From assembly GCF_000143415.4 (NCBI RefSeq), contig NW_003314275.1, positions 873,955 through 937,954 on the forward strand: a stretch of 64,000 nt of DNA. The letters are read 5' to 3'. The position numbers and the translations under genes were made by a program. Below are positions 11,065-25,963 of this stretch, one piece after another (positions within the stretch are counted from its first letter, which is position 1; each line of letters starts with the position of its first letter). The notes beneath the pieces were generated by a model. It searched no databases and had not been told where the DNA came from. It saw nothing but the letters and a program-made list of their open reading frames with translations. This DNA comes from Selaginella moellendorffii. Taxonomy: Eukaryota > Plantae > Lycopodiophyta.

Positions 11065-13140
11065 ATCTACTGTGGAGTGTGATATGTGCTACCTTTCTCA
11101 AGAATGAGAGAAGTGATTGATCGTTTTTGTAATATAGAAATTCGTTTTTGTAAGTTTCTCTAGGCACTGGACGACAGGCGGATGAAGATCACACGTCCAG
11201 GGAACATTTTCTATCTGTTATGAAAGAGACGACGGGGATCTGTCCATGATCTCATGGCCGATTTCATGTGAGTTCTTATCAACATCAATGTTTCCAGCAA
11301 AGTATCGCTGCGATAGAGAAGGAAAATATTTTCAGGAGAGGTTTTGCGACTTTGAAAAGCTCGAACTGGGAGGAACATTGAAGCAGCCATGCGACGAAAA
11401 TGCAGGTGAAGCTATTTTCTTGTTCTCGATCAATTCGCTTTCTAGTTCTCGAATGATTCGATCGACTTCGTTCTTGACAAAGGAGCACTGGATGCTGTGC
11501 ATGGACAGGCGGATGAAGGTCACACGTCCGGGAAACGTGTTCTATCAGAGGTGCGCTTTCTTTTCCTTTCCATTTCGTTCTTCGTTCTTTTCTCGAGAGT
11601 GACAGTTTTTTTGAACAGGTCAAAAGAGTGTTAAGGCTTTTGGGAAAGTATGCTTGCATCACCCAGATACTTGGCTCATGTATGCTACAGAGGGTGCGGG
11701 CCACAGAGCTCCAAGTCAAGGTGAACAAGCTCGCAAATTCTCCTCCCGTATGAGATTTCTTCGTGGGGATCGGATCGAGTTTATCCTAATTTGTATTTCT
11801 AGATTTTTAAGCGTGCGTTGTTGCTTTCAAGGGCGAAAGGCTGTGGTGGTAGTAAAGGTTTTGAAGGTTTTCACATGTCTTTCAATACCATAGGATTTTG
11901 GCACTGGTAACATGGACACTCACGTTTGTACCACGTCAAGGAATCCCGCGGCTCGCTTAGAAATGTACAAGATGGTACCGATTGAGCTATAGTGCTCTAT
12001 GAGAAGGCTATCAGCGGTATGCTGGCCCTGTGCTCTAAAATGCCTTTTGCTTGTATGCAGAGACTCCACAAGGGGACCAACAACTGGCGTGGTTGGGAGA
12101 TTCCACCGAAAGGAACGTCTTTCCAGCGATTTGGCACACAAGTCGCGGCATCTGTAGGCGAGAATGATCCTACTTGGCCAAAGATTACAAGGCTGTGGAA
12201 CTGGAGGCTGGTCGAACATTTCAAGGTACAGCACATTCCGTAATATCTGCTTGCTAAAATGTTTTAGAAGGTTTTTGGAGCAAATGGCATCCCTAGGCCA
12301 AGGGTCCTTAATAACTCAATCAATGGCTTGGATTTAGGTTCCCTGGTGTATATATATATTTTAGAGCAACAGTTAGCATAGGAATTCTTTGAGAGAGTTT
12401 ACTTCACTCTATTTGTTGGTAGGTACTAATTGTGGTCCATGTTACCAGGCATGAGTATTTGGCACCTGGTAGATAGCTACTTGCCAACCATGTCGAAACG
12501 TTGGTTATAGGAGTCCTGTTATAAAACAGAAGAAGGTACGTGATCTTTGATAAAAGGAACACCAGTAAGTGATGCAAGCATACTTAAACCTTAAAAAGAA
12601 GAACGAAAGAGAAACTAAAAAAGAAAGGAAAAGCACCTCCAGAAACACTTCCCGGGTCATCCGCATGTCCAAGAATAGCATCCAGTGCTCCTATTTAAAG
12701 AACGAAGTCGAATGAATCGCTAGAACAAAGAAAAGCGAGTAAAACACATTGTTTTCAGCTCGATCGAGAAAAGAGATTCAAGAAAAATATGCATTTCCGG
12801 GAAACATTGGTGTTGGACGTTCATAACTCAGAAAAACACTCACGTGGAAATCAGTAAGGACAGATTGCTGTCGTCTCTTTGGCAGCGAATAACGACTTCA
12901 TCTCTGCCAAACAATCGGTGGTTACAACTGAGGGAAAGGCGAAGCACCTCTGATAGAGACGTGTGATCTTCACCCGCCTGTCCACGCACCGCAGTGCCTT
13001 GTCCATTCGAGTAAAAGAGTAAACTGTCAGAAAAAGAAATTTACCAAGACAGAACCTAGCGGCTAAGAAACATAGAATAAAACTAAGTTATAATCTCTTC
13101 TCCTCATGAGAAAGGAAGGACATATCGTACTCGACAGTAA
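11065..13140. repeat. Diverged inverted repeat (arms ~11065-11950 and ~12380-13140)
   Basis: Nested reverse-complement anchors: 11162-11215 vs 12948-13000; 11224-11297 vs 12798-12880; 11463-11662 vs 12569-12711; ctggtaacatggac near 11904 vs gtccatgttaccag near 12435. Confidence 0.8.
11454..11665 (+). pseudogene. Class I SAM methyltransferase fragment (METTL13/EEF1AKNMT-like), two exons
   Basis: DSIDFVLDKGALDAV...SGKRVLSE, then a GT..AG intron (11551-11618), then VKRVLRLLGKYACIT. This matches the DKGxLD and EVxRVLxxxGxY motifs. No N-terminal part found. Inverted degenerate copy at ~12569-12715. Confidence 0.7.
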
Positions 13141-13292
13141 TCAGCCATGAAAGCAGCCACTTCTGCTCTTGGAAAAATGAGAAGATGCCAAAGGAAGCTT
13201 CCTAAAACGATGACACAAATCTTGACACTTCGTCAGCTTGTACGGAAACCTTAGTGACACCTTAAACCTAAGGAAAAAAGGTTTATGAGGTT

Positions 13293-14235
13293 ATGAGGAC
13301 GGTAATTGAGGAGGTGCTCACAGCAGCTGTTTTATATTCCCGAATGAGAGGCGTGTGCAAGCAATGGAAGAATCTCATAGAGACACCCGGATTCGCAGCT
13401 CTTCACTACACACGCCACTTGCCTCATGTTTTGGGTCTAGAGTTTCATCTTTACAGATGCAATCCTTTCGCAGGACAAGAAGCAAGGGCTTGGGTTGCCA
13501 TGGAACAGAACATGGATCATGTTCTAAACTCTAGCGGTGGGTTGTTGCTTGGGATGAAAGCAGAGGATTTTATGGTCTGGAATCCGCTCACTGGAGCATC
13601 CAAGATTCTCCCCCCACTTCGTTTAGAAAGTAAACCATGTTCGAAGGAGACTGCAATGCGGATGGACTCATCTGGAAAGTATTATTGGATCTGTATATTA
13701 GTGCCAGAAAAGCAGTCAATCTACGCATATGATTCAGGAACTGTGGAACAAGGTTGATCTTGACGAAAAATATGTTTTGAATACAATTATCAATGCTAAT
13801 TGGGATAACAATCTATATGTATGCTCAAGGGTTTCTGAGGAGGATGTTGGGGTGTGGTGCCATAATTTGGAAGATGGCAGCTTATCTAATTTAGTGACAG
13901 CATATAGACATTGTGAAGAAGATGAATGTCATACCTATAGTATCTTCGTGGTGACAGCAAATTCCTTCTTTATGACAATTGCAACCAGCTCTACATGTTA
14001 TTTATTGAGGCTGGATTCTAAAGGTTTAGTCCAAGAAGCTAGCGTACTTATCCATGGCTCTATGTTGAAGAACCTTCTAGTTTGCTTTATGAGAACATAT
14101 TTTTGATTGTGCATTCAGAATTTTTAGCCATTTACAACTGCCAAACAAAGACTTGGAGAACTAATAACATTAGGAAGGATGGGGATGGGTGGTTTGAAAA
14201 TGTTTTGGGATTTGTGAATATTTTTAATAATTGTA
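13293..14235 (+). pseudogene. F-box paralog, frameshifted, opposite orientation
   Basis: ORFs 13293-13757 and 13729-14106 are collinear with the intact F-box genes (KQWKNLIETPGFAALHY, NSSGGLLLG, VWNPLTGASK). At least two frameshifts. Confidence 0.85.
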
Positions 14236-14389
14236 GAAAACTTATAGGGTAGAAAATATACATTAAATTTCCAGGTATATTCCAAGGATTTTCGTTAATC
14301 TGCTTAATTTTAAACCAAACCAAACGAATATTTCCTTCTGTGCCAGAGTCCTTGGAAAACCTTGGCTTGGGCTCCTCCAAAAAGTAGAG

Positions 14390-14900
14390 CGCGTGATTGA
14401 TTGAGTTATTTTATTTCCAGAGCAGGAGAATGCATGAGAGTCGCGTGGAAGGATCTCATACCTCACGTTTTGGGTGTAGATTTTCATGACAGGATGCAAT
14501 CCTTTCACAGGACAAGGATTGGTTTGCCATGGTCTGGAATCCTGCCCAAGATTCTTCCATCACTTTGTTTGAAAAGCGAACCATGTTATAAGGTGTCTGG
14601 AAAGGGGGGGTCTGTGTACTAGTGATGGCACCAATAAATGTAAATGATTCAGGAAAAACAGGATTGTGGACCAAGGTTGTGACTTTGTTTCATTGTCATA
14701 ACTATACTGGCACCTGGGGATGTTGTGATTGTTGGGGTGTGGTGCCTCAATTTGGAAGATCCTAGACATCGTATAACAGATAAATTTTTCTTGCTATGAT
14801 TCCCTTGTGGTTACAATCTTTGTGATTGAGGTGTGGATGTCTCCGGTATTGGGCTTCAAAACAAAGACTTTGGAGAGCTATGACATTGTGAATATATTTG
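14390..14900 (+). pseudogene. Fourth, heavily deleted F-box remnant
   Basis: Pieces in the right order but compressed to ~0.5 kb: WKDLI|PHVLG, atggtctggaatcc, tgattcaggaaaaacaggattgtgga, ggggtgtggtgcctcaatttg, caaaacaaagact. Confidence 0.75.
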
Positions 14901-15302
14901 CTAGAAATATTCTCTCTAGCCGATAATATTTACTGAATCAGCAAATTATTTCTGTGTTTAATTTTACTTTTTTCCTAGTTGAAAAATCACAGTAAGCTTT
15001 CTGAATCCAAGCTTCACTTTTGACCCAGAGATCTCTACGAGAGAACACCTCTTGCCACAGATCCTGACTTCCCTCTTCAGAATTCCTTAGCCAAATCCAA
15101 AAGAAATTATTTGGTCAGCAGAATGGAAGTGTAAGATTTTCGTGTTGATCATCTAAGGAAAATCGATGGAACTCTCTCTCTCTCGATAGAAAAGACTAGC
15201 CCCTCCTGCCTGCCTGCCTATCTATACTGCTAATTCTTCGAAATGAAATACCAGAATGAATAGAACGTACTTTTAGCGCGTCGCTTGACATCATCATCCC
15301 GA

Positions 15303-16865
15303 TCACGCCTTGTTGCTCTCGCTCTCGCTCTCGTTCTCGTCGAAGCTCTCGTCGATCGCCTTCTCTTCTTCCTTCTCCACTTCTTCTTTCTCCACTGCCT
15401 TGCTCACCTCCTTTCCGGAGCACATCGCCAGATTGGTACAAGTCTCCGCGTCGGGGCTCACTCCGGCCTCCACCATGATATCAAACACCTTCCTTGCATC
15501 CTCCACCCTCTGTGCCTCGCAAAGCTTCGCCACCAGCACCTTAAACTCCAAGTTATACTTGACTTGGTGCTTCCTCATGAGCTCCGCCACCTCCACCGCT
15601 CGGTCCAGCTCCCCGGCCTCGCACAGCAAGCTCACGATCTTCAAGTCGGTCGGCTCCGTCGCCCGGATCAGCTGCTCGAAGATTCTCATCGCGTCGTCGT
15701 ACCGCTTGTTCTCCACTAGCTTGTGGACGAAAGTCTTGAGCGGGGCACAGCGAGTCTTCACGTCCAGCACCGAGAACATCTTGTCCGCGACTTTGAGAGC
15801 GTCGTCCAGGCGGTCCCTGGAGTGGAGAGCGTGAATGAGCACCTGGAACGTCCCTTCGTGATGCACAACTCCCTTGTCCAAGCTCTCCATGAGCTCCGCC
15901 ACCGCCTCGTCCATCTTGTCCGCCCGGCACAGCCCGTTAATCAGCTGGTTGTATCCTCCGGCGTCGAGCAGCCACCCTCGAGCGGTGTGCTCGCGCTGGA
16001 GCTCCAGCATCCCGTCCACTCCATCTCGGTCCCAGCGCATGAGGAGCAGCCGGTTGAGAGCCGAGCCGTGTGGAGTGAATCCACGCTCGGTCATCTCGGC
16101 CAGGACCTCGTCAGCTTTCTCGTTGTTCTTGGAGTTGATGTAGCCGATGTAAGTCGCCGAGTAGGCCATCCTCTGGACCTCAGGGAGGTCACTGAGCTCG
16201 TTGGCAATGAACGCTCGAGCTTCCTCCAGCTTCTCGCCGTTGCGAAGAACCGTGACGAACCGATGGACGGCCTTGCTCTCGGCGCAAAACTCCGGGCGGG
16301 TTGTGGCCCAGCGGAAGAGCGGCAGAGCAAACTCGGCGGAGGATCCAGCCATGGCGCGCTCCAGCGCCGCCACCGAGAAGGGCCCCTCGTACTCGGCCAG
16401 CTTCTTCTTGAGCACCTCCACGTCGCCACTGGATTTGGATATGATGCTCTTGAGCGTCTTGAGCGTCTTGAGCATCGGCGGGGAATCACCACTCTTCTTT
16501 GCTGGGGCAGCAGCGTCATCGCTCTTCACGGGCTCACTAGCCTTCTTCTTTTTCTCCCCCTCGATCTTCTTCTTCTCTTCATTCTTGCTTGTGCTCTTCG
16601 CCTCCTCGCTTTTGGGCGACTCCTCCTCGACCTTCTCGGCCTTCTTCCGCGGCGCCCTCTTCTTCTTGGGCTTGGCCTCCTCGATCGAAGCAGCAGCAGC
16701 AGCAGCGGCGGCAGATCCCTCTTCCTCGCTCACGCCCGCCGCCGCTTCCTCCACCGCTGCAGCATTCTGGGCTGCCGCTGCGTACCTAGCGCTCGCGCCG
16801 TAGCTCGAGATTCTCCGGATCACACCGCTGCTGAATGCGCACAATCCGCGCCTGGGAGCCAACAT
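15303..16865 (-). CDS. P-class pentatricopeptide repeat protein, probably mitochondrial, 520 aa, intronless
   Basis: Arg/Ser-rich presequence-like N-terminus, an A/E/K-rich linker, then 35-aa repeats (YNQLINGLCRADKMDEAV, FKVLVAKLCEAQRVEDARKVFDIMVEAGVSPD). Confidence 0.9.
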   Translation of the reverse strand: MLAPRRGLCAFSSGVIRRISSYGASARYAAAAQNAAAVEEAAAGVSEEEGSAAAAAAAASIEEAKPKKKRAPRKKAEKVEEESPKSEEAKSTSKNEEKKKIEGEKKKKASEPVKSDDAAAPAKKSGDSPPMLKTLKTLKSIISKSSGDVEVLKKKLAEYEGPFSVAALERAMAGSSAEFALPLFRWATTRPEFCAESKAVHRFVTVLRNGEKLEEARAFIANELSDLPEVQRMAYSATYIGYINSKNNEKADEVLAEMTERGFTPHGSALNRLLLMRWDRDGVDGMLELQREHTARGWLLDAGGYNQLINGLCRADKMDEAVAELMESLDKGVVHHEGTFQVLIHALHSRDRLDDALKVADKMFSVLDVKTRCAPLKTFVHKLVENKRYDDAMRIFEQLIRATEPTDLKIVSLLCEAGELDRAVEVAELMRKHQVKYNLEFKVLVAKLCEAQRVEDARKVFDIMVEAGVSPDAETCTNLAMCSGKEVSKAVEKEEVEKEEEKAIDESFDENESESESNKA

Positions 16866-17133
16866 TGATCTTCCTCCGAAGAACCCTAAACCCTAAACCC
16901 CCGGATAGCGGCGCAAAGGCAAAAAGGGCACACAAGATATTTTCTAGAGATCCCATCCGAATATTCGAATTTCAAATCAAAACTTTTGGCGCGCTCTTAT
17001 TCTTCTCTCGTTTTCTCGTAACTCTCTTTGGTTCTCAAAAGAAATCAGCCGCTGCGTTTGCGTCCCTGCTGCTAGCTAGAAACCACCAACGAGCGAACAA
17101 AATCGATCGAATCGTGGGAGAGATGGATCTCGC

Positions 17134-19890
<2,757 letters not shown>

Positions 19891-20255
19891 TCTGGAATCC
19901 AGGATCGCTCTTAGACACTAGAATCGCTGCATGCAAGGGGGAAAGAGCCACAAAATACCTCGCTGGAGCCCCAAGATCCGGTAAGAAATACCCCAATCGC
20001 GCGCCTCACCAGCAATCGATCGAGCAGAGCTACACCGCCAGCATGCTGTTGCAATGCAGCGCAATCAAGCTATCGAACAAGAGGAGACGAGATACGATAC
20101 CCTGATCGTCGCCTGGGCGCGAGAGAGAGGAAAGAAACGAAGAGCCCTAACCCTAATTTTGCATTTGTGGTCGGTGGAGAAATAGACGCGTCGTGGGTTC
20201 GAGCCCCACCAGAGATTCCAGCGAATATTTAGGGTTTTAGGGCGGAAGGAGCGCG
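19891..20255. promoter_or_regulatory. Bidirectional promoter/5' UTR region (helicase and RecX) with telo-box-like motifs
   Basis: Divergent starts ~365 bp apart. ccctaaccctaa at ~20145 and ttagggtttt at ~20229. Confidence 0.6.
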
Positions 20256-21873
20256 ATGGCGCTCAAGCCGATCGGCAGCTGGTACGCGCTTGGAAGCCGG
20301 CATTGCGGTCGAGGTATTGGAATTCCAGCCGATGCGATGGTTTCGATTCACTGATTTCTAGTTCTAGGAAAATGGAGGTCTCTCGGCACGGCGAGAGCGA
20401 GCTCTAGCGGCAAGAAACCCTCTCAGATACCCTCCCTGGTGCGTTACATCCCCAAGCTAGCTAGAAAACACGACGGGGAAATCCTCGAGAACGTTCACTT
20501 TCCCCGGACGATTTCTAGCGGTGAAGACGATGGTGAAGAAGAGGAATTTGGGAGTGGATACTTTGACAGTGATTCACAGGCTGGGAAGAAGAAGAGGAAG
20601 GGTGCCCGGTTCTATTTTGATGACACGGAGAAGCAGCGTAGCGAGCTCGGGTTAGCATCCTTTAGAAGGAATGCTATAGAGCTGGAAGAGTTTGAAGAAG
20701 GGAATGAAAGAAACGATGCGGTGTCTAGCAACGAGACGATTTCTACAGAAGAATCTAGCAGCGATAGAGAGGAAGAGACTTCCGGGCAACAAGAAAGACT
20801 TCCAAGCTTGCATCGAATTACTAAGGAGCAGCCACCAAGAACAAAGGAGGTGAAAACTTCGATAAGAAAAGAGGTTCTTTCAAGCTTGCAACTAGTTCCA
20901 GCATCACGGCTCGTTTCAAGGCCAAGACCGGGACCTTCCACTGCGGTTTTGGATTCTAAAGCCGCTACGAGTGACGACGGCATTCCTTCACAGTGTCCAG
21001 CAATGCGTTTACTTCCAGCATCGCAGCTCAATTTAAATCCCAGAAGCATGGAAGATGATGAACCAGAGGAGTTTGACGATGAAGAAGAGGAGGATGCGTT
21101 GTTCGCCCTTGAAGTCCAGACGCGAAAGACAGAGTTGCCAAGCTTTCCAGACAGCGGTGGAGAGAGAACGGCTGCGAAGAACTATGCCGTTTTTCTGCTG
21201 AGTAAATGGTATGCTCTCTCTTCTCCTTGTTTTTTCATTTCTCTTTCCATCGTAGCATCATTTTTTCGCATTCAGGCAAAGAACCGCTGCGGAGCTCCGG
21301 AAGAAACTGAGTGAGAAGAACTACTCTGTCCAAGTAACGGAGAGCACAATCGCTGCACTGCGAGAAGAGTAAGCTGGTTTTATCTCGGTGTCCATTTCGT
21401 TGCTCATGGACTCTTCTTTTAAGCAGAGGATTGCAGAGCGACACTTCTTTCGCAGAAGTTTTTGCACAGTCGAGGTGGAACACGAGAGGCTGGGGTCCAA
21501 AACGGATAAAACACGTAAGTATTTGTCATGTTTTCTTCTCAAGCTTTCCCTTGTCTGTCGCGGTCAGGAGCTCGTCCGCAAGGGTGTTGACACCGCCAAC
21601 ATCGATCGGGCGCTGCAGAAAGTGTTCAAAGCGGACGGGGATGGAAACATTGTACAGGACGACGATGACATGCAGTGGGGAATGTCAAAACAAGCCCAGG
21701 AGCACATCTTTGCTCTCTCTGCTCGGAAGTGGAGTAGCGGAGGCAATATCTCGGTGCAAGCTCGGAGTCGGAGGTTAGCAGGGTGGCTCCAGCGAAGAGG
21801 ATTCAGCTGGAAAGTAATCAATGGGATCATCCACATATTGGAAGGAAATGGATCCATTCAAAAAAGTTTGTAG
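20256..21873 (+). CDS. recX: RecX family regulatory protein, probably organellar. Exons 20256-20313, 20368-21208, 21276-21368, 21427-21514, 21568-21873
   Basis: The spliced product has RTAAELRKKL, GLQSDTSFAEVFAQSRW, WGPKRIKHELVRKGV and LAGWLQRRGFSW, after a long acidic N-terminal extension. Confidence 0.9.
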
Positions 21874-21899
21874 TGATATTCAGAAGATTGTATGTATAT

Positions 21900-23095
21900 G
21901 TCTTAGATTTTTATTTTTCCAATTCAACATATGTATTTTCCAATAATTATACATTTGTTTACACAACAAATATTGAGACTGACTTCTTTTATATGAAATT
22001 ATACAATTTTAAGTTTTTGCATTTCTCAAGAGAAACGATTTTATTAGTAGTGGTTCAATAATTTTTAATTTGAATAAAATTTTTGTATCGCACTAATTTA
22101 ACCTTTAGCATATTGTCATTTTTGCAAATTTAGTTATAAAAAAAATGACCAAAATTCTTGAATAAAAAGGTTTTAATGACACAGACAACATATGTTAATA
22201 TAGTAATATTTAAAAACTGTAAATAAATATAACTATTAATATATATATATATATATATAAAAGCTAAAACTATTATTCAATTTTTAAGTTATAATGATAG
22301 AGAAATTAAAGGTGTAATATTTGTTGTAAGAAGTGAGGTAAACTTTTATTATACAATAAGGTGGTCTATAACATTTTCTAAATTGATTTATTTTTAGATA
22401 TGCAAATAATATATAAAATCTAGATTTTTAATCAAATGAATATAGCAGTATATTATTTAAATTCTTAATTATCACCAACAATAGAAAATTATGTTTTTAA
22501 AAATATTTATGAGTTTTGTTATAATTTTTTTTACTAAAGATGAATAATTAACACCATTGAAACACAAAGGTTTTATAAATGTTTTTGTATTTTATAATTA
22601 TGCACATTCTAAAACTCTTGTTTTTCTAAACGTGTCTAAGATACAACATATAATGAAATGATTTAAAGTTGCTTAAATTTTCTTTATGCATGAATAAATC
22701 TGAATTATAATATGCAATTTTAATGTTATATATTTTTTATTTTTAATAAAAATTTAGAAACATTTACTTTTATGTGTATTACTTATAAGTTGCATTAATA
22801 TAACAAAAATGTCAATGCATTATTTGTAAGTTGCATCCTCTTTTAATATTATTTTATTTATAATGTTCCTTTTAAACACACAATATAATTATCTTAGTCA
22901 TAACAATGGTCATACATTTAATTATAAGTTACATTTTTTATTTTTATTCCTAAAAAATAAAAAACTGCAAAAAAAAAATATTTAGTTGGAACTTTATCTT
23001 TATTTCCTTTTTATATAAAAATGTAACACCATAATCACCATATTGTATTGAATTGGTGTACATTTGTAAGTATATTTTAATCGTTCCAGCATCTT
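21900..23095. other. Very AT-rich intergenic island with (TA)n at ~22238-22259
   Basis: Abrupt compositional shift and no ORFs. Confidence 0.6.
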
Positions 23096-23696
23096 TTGTT
23101 TAATTGCAGCCAGACACGTAAAAAGCTGATCAATCACGAGGAAGTGGCCGGATGGCAGCCGTCCGATTGTCTGGCGTCTCGTACTGGACGGTCCCGCGTC
23201 CCCAGCCGTTCGATCACAAGTTTGGCAGCTGTAACTTTTTTTCCACTACGTGGTGCTACCCAACGGTGGAGATTTACCGCGTTGATAAATTTCTTACGGT
23301 TGGATGTGTTGTGTCGGGAAGAATAAAAACCTTATTATTTTCTCGTGCGCTCCTCCGTCTCTCTCTTCTCTCTCTCTCTCTCTTGTGCGCGCGTGCGTGC
23401 TTTGGCGATGGCGGACGATAGCGACGATTCGAGCAGCGATGCGGCGCTGGGAGCTCACTAACGCCGGTATGCTCGCATTTCACGAATTCCTGGTAGAAAA
23501 TTCCGGCCGGCAGGAGCTCCGGCTGGAAATTTCGCTGTGGCGCGCCTAGGGTTGTCCAGATCGTCGAGAGCTCGCACGATTGAGCTCCGAGGCAGGCGCT
23601 GGATGGAATCCCAGCGATTCTACAGGCGCTGGGCTGGAATCGGTGGAATGTAGCTAGCGGACAGGGCATAGAGCAGGGAAATTCTTGGCGGACGAG

Positions 23697-25377
23697 ATGG
23701 TTTTCCCGGTGGGGGACGTGGCGACCGTTGCCCAGATTGCTGGCCTTGATTCTCTCAAGCTCATAGCGGCTGTTGCGGCCGCGGCCAAGAACGCGCGCAT
23801 GCACAAGAAGAACTGCCGGAATTTCGCGCAGCACTTGAAGCTCATTGGGAATTTGCTGGAGAAGCTGAGGCTATCGGAGCTCAGGGAGCATCCAGAGACT
23901 AGCGAGCCTCTCGAGCGTCTAGAGGAGGCTCTCAGGAAGGCTTACATCCTCGTCAACAGCTGCAAGAACAAGAGCTACCTCTACCTCTTGGCGATGGGAT
24001 GGAACATCGTTAACCAGTTCAAGCTACGCCAGGCCGAGATCGACCGACTTCTCCAGATTATTCCTCTCATCAGTCTCGTAGATAACAATCGGGTACGCTG
24101 GCAGCGTGATCTTTCTTTCTTTTTCTTATTTTTTTGTTTTGCTCTTTGGTTTGTTTGTTCGGTCGTCCATCTTTCTCACTATTTCGGTTTGTTTTACAGG
24201 CCAAGCGAGAGCTCCGTGAGATACAACGAGACCAGAAAGAGTACACTCTGGACGAAGACGAGCTCCGGCTCCAGGAAACAGTTTTAAAACCTGACTTAAG
24301 CGTCAACGAGTCGAGGGAGCTGCGGAGGAACCTCTCTCGGAACTACCCGGGGCTTGCTCTCGAGGAAGCTCTCCGGAAAGAAAACAAAAAGCTCAAGAAA
24401 GAGCTCCAGAAGATGCAGTCGCTCATGGAGGAAGACCAGTGCGACGTGATCCGCCGTCTTATTGACATCACCGAGACTGACGTGAAGGGTACCTACGAGA
24501 AGGATCCCGATTATATGAAAGAAGCCAAGAAGTACGAGCAATCCAATTACGAGCAGTCCAACTCCGACGCATACACCTATCAGGAGAGCCACAAATCCAA
24601 GTAAGCTGGCTTCCATCAGATGATTCCGACTTTGTGATTCTAATCTTCGTGTGAACAGTGAAACGGCTTCTAAATCCTGGCAACTACAAGATTGGCATCA
24701 TGATCTTTATGGATGCTGTGGGAGCCCCCTGCTGTGTAAGCCAACTAAATTATGTGTATTAACGTAAAGTGGCTTGCGTGTGCTACAGGCGTGGGGACAT
24801 TCTTGTGCCCTTGCTGCACATTTGCTACAGTCGCGGCGACTGCCACTAATGGAATAATGCGTGAGTAAGCTTTTCATCAAGCCATGCTGATTCTCACTTA
24901 CGTTTTTTTTTCCTTTCTATGTGGGGCCTCAGCCAAGCATGCTGCTTGCACAAACTGTTTGATTTACACGATGGTGCTTAGCTGCTGCTTCTACACCTGT
25001 TGCTTCCGGCGTAAACTACGCAAGCTGTACAACATCGAGGTACAGATCCACTTATTTGATTGTTTTATTTTCTCCTGATCGCGTGGATGACAGGGCGGGT
25101 CCTGTGACGATTGCTGGGCACATTTCTTGTGCTTCTGCTGCGCGCTCGTTCAAGAGGCACGGGAAATCAAAGCTCGTGAACGGGATGGAGGTAATTGCCA
25201 CACTCTCCTCCTTTTTATTACGTGATTGCGAATTAGGTGAATGCGTTGCTTGCATGTGATACTCTTTGGTGATCCATTCTCACTTACACTTTTGGTGCCT
25301 GCGCATTTGCAGAGGGCAGTAGCAGCCAGAAGAGGATGATGCCCCCATCGGAGCAATGCATGGAGCGCGATCATTGA
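23697..25377 (+). CDS. MCA1: MCA (mid1-complementing activity)/CNR13-like mechanosensitive Ca2+ channel with PLAC8 domain. Exons approx 23697-24092, 24200-24600, 24659-24735, 24789-24860, 24933-25039, 25094-25190, 25313-25377
   Basis: GDVATVAQIAGLDSLKLI...ARMHKKNCRNFAQHLKLIGNLL. Cys-rich PLAC8 exons: DWHHDLYGCC, CCFYTCCFRRKLRKLYNIEGG. Confidence 0.93.
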
Positions 25378-25942
25378 CCCCCCCTTGTGCAATACCAACA
25401 CTTAAACAAGGAGGTACTTTTGGATAGTGAAATGCTGGCTGGCTTTGCTGTGGCTGGCTTTCGTGAGAGTGAGTGACAGAAGTATGGTTTGGGACTGATT
25501 TCTCGAGTATGTTTCGTTTTCCCTACTTATACTTCCACGGCAGGGACAAGCCGAGAGAAAGTTTTTGTTTGTCGGAGAAGTTTGGAGGGAGGGAGAAAAA
25601 GAGAGGGGGAGAGAGATTTGGTGTTTGGTTGGGTTTGGTTTGTGACAGGTCACGTTTGTAAGAACAAGGCGTCAAAGCGAAGATAAAGATGGATCGTCCA
25701 TCCATCAAAAGATATAACTTGCAACACTCGGTACCCATGGATGGAGCCAGCAAACAAGCACATACAGAGGTACTTAAAAACTTGCCTTGATGGATATTTA
25801 CTCGCTCGTCGTCTCGCCATGTCTTTACTTCCAGCAAAGCAAGCAGCAGTGCCGCCTTGATTGGTGCACACGACGTTTGCATCCCTTTGACATCCACGTT
25901 TTTATTTATATGCGGCTTTGAAAATCGCGGCTAAGGGGAGCT

Positions 25943-25963
25943 CTCCTCTCTCTCTCTCTCCCT

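Noticed and set aside
15310-16868. Long plus-strand ORFs (381, 200 and 174 aa) antisense to the PPR gene, and similar ones opposite the trihelix, ALP1-like and NAC genes
   Set aside because: Shadow ORFs from GC-rich codon usage on the coding strand, with no motifs.
16882-16900. aaccctaaaccctaaaccc telomere-like repeat
   Set aside because: An ordinary promoter/5' UTR telo-box, not an interstitial telomere array.
20160-20220. Complete tRNA gene
   Set aside because: Only the T-arm is present and no cloverleaf can be drawn.
20256-21873. Recent bacterial horizontal transfer of recX (and likewise of AIH)
   Set aside because: Both have multiple spliceosomal introns and belong to families widespread in land plants.
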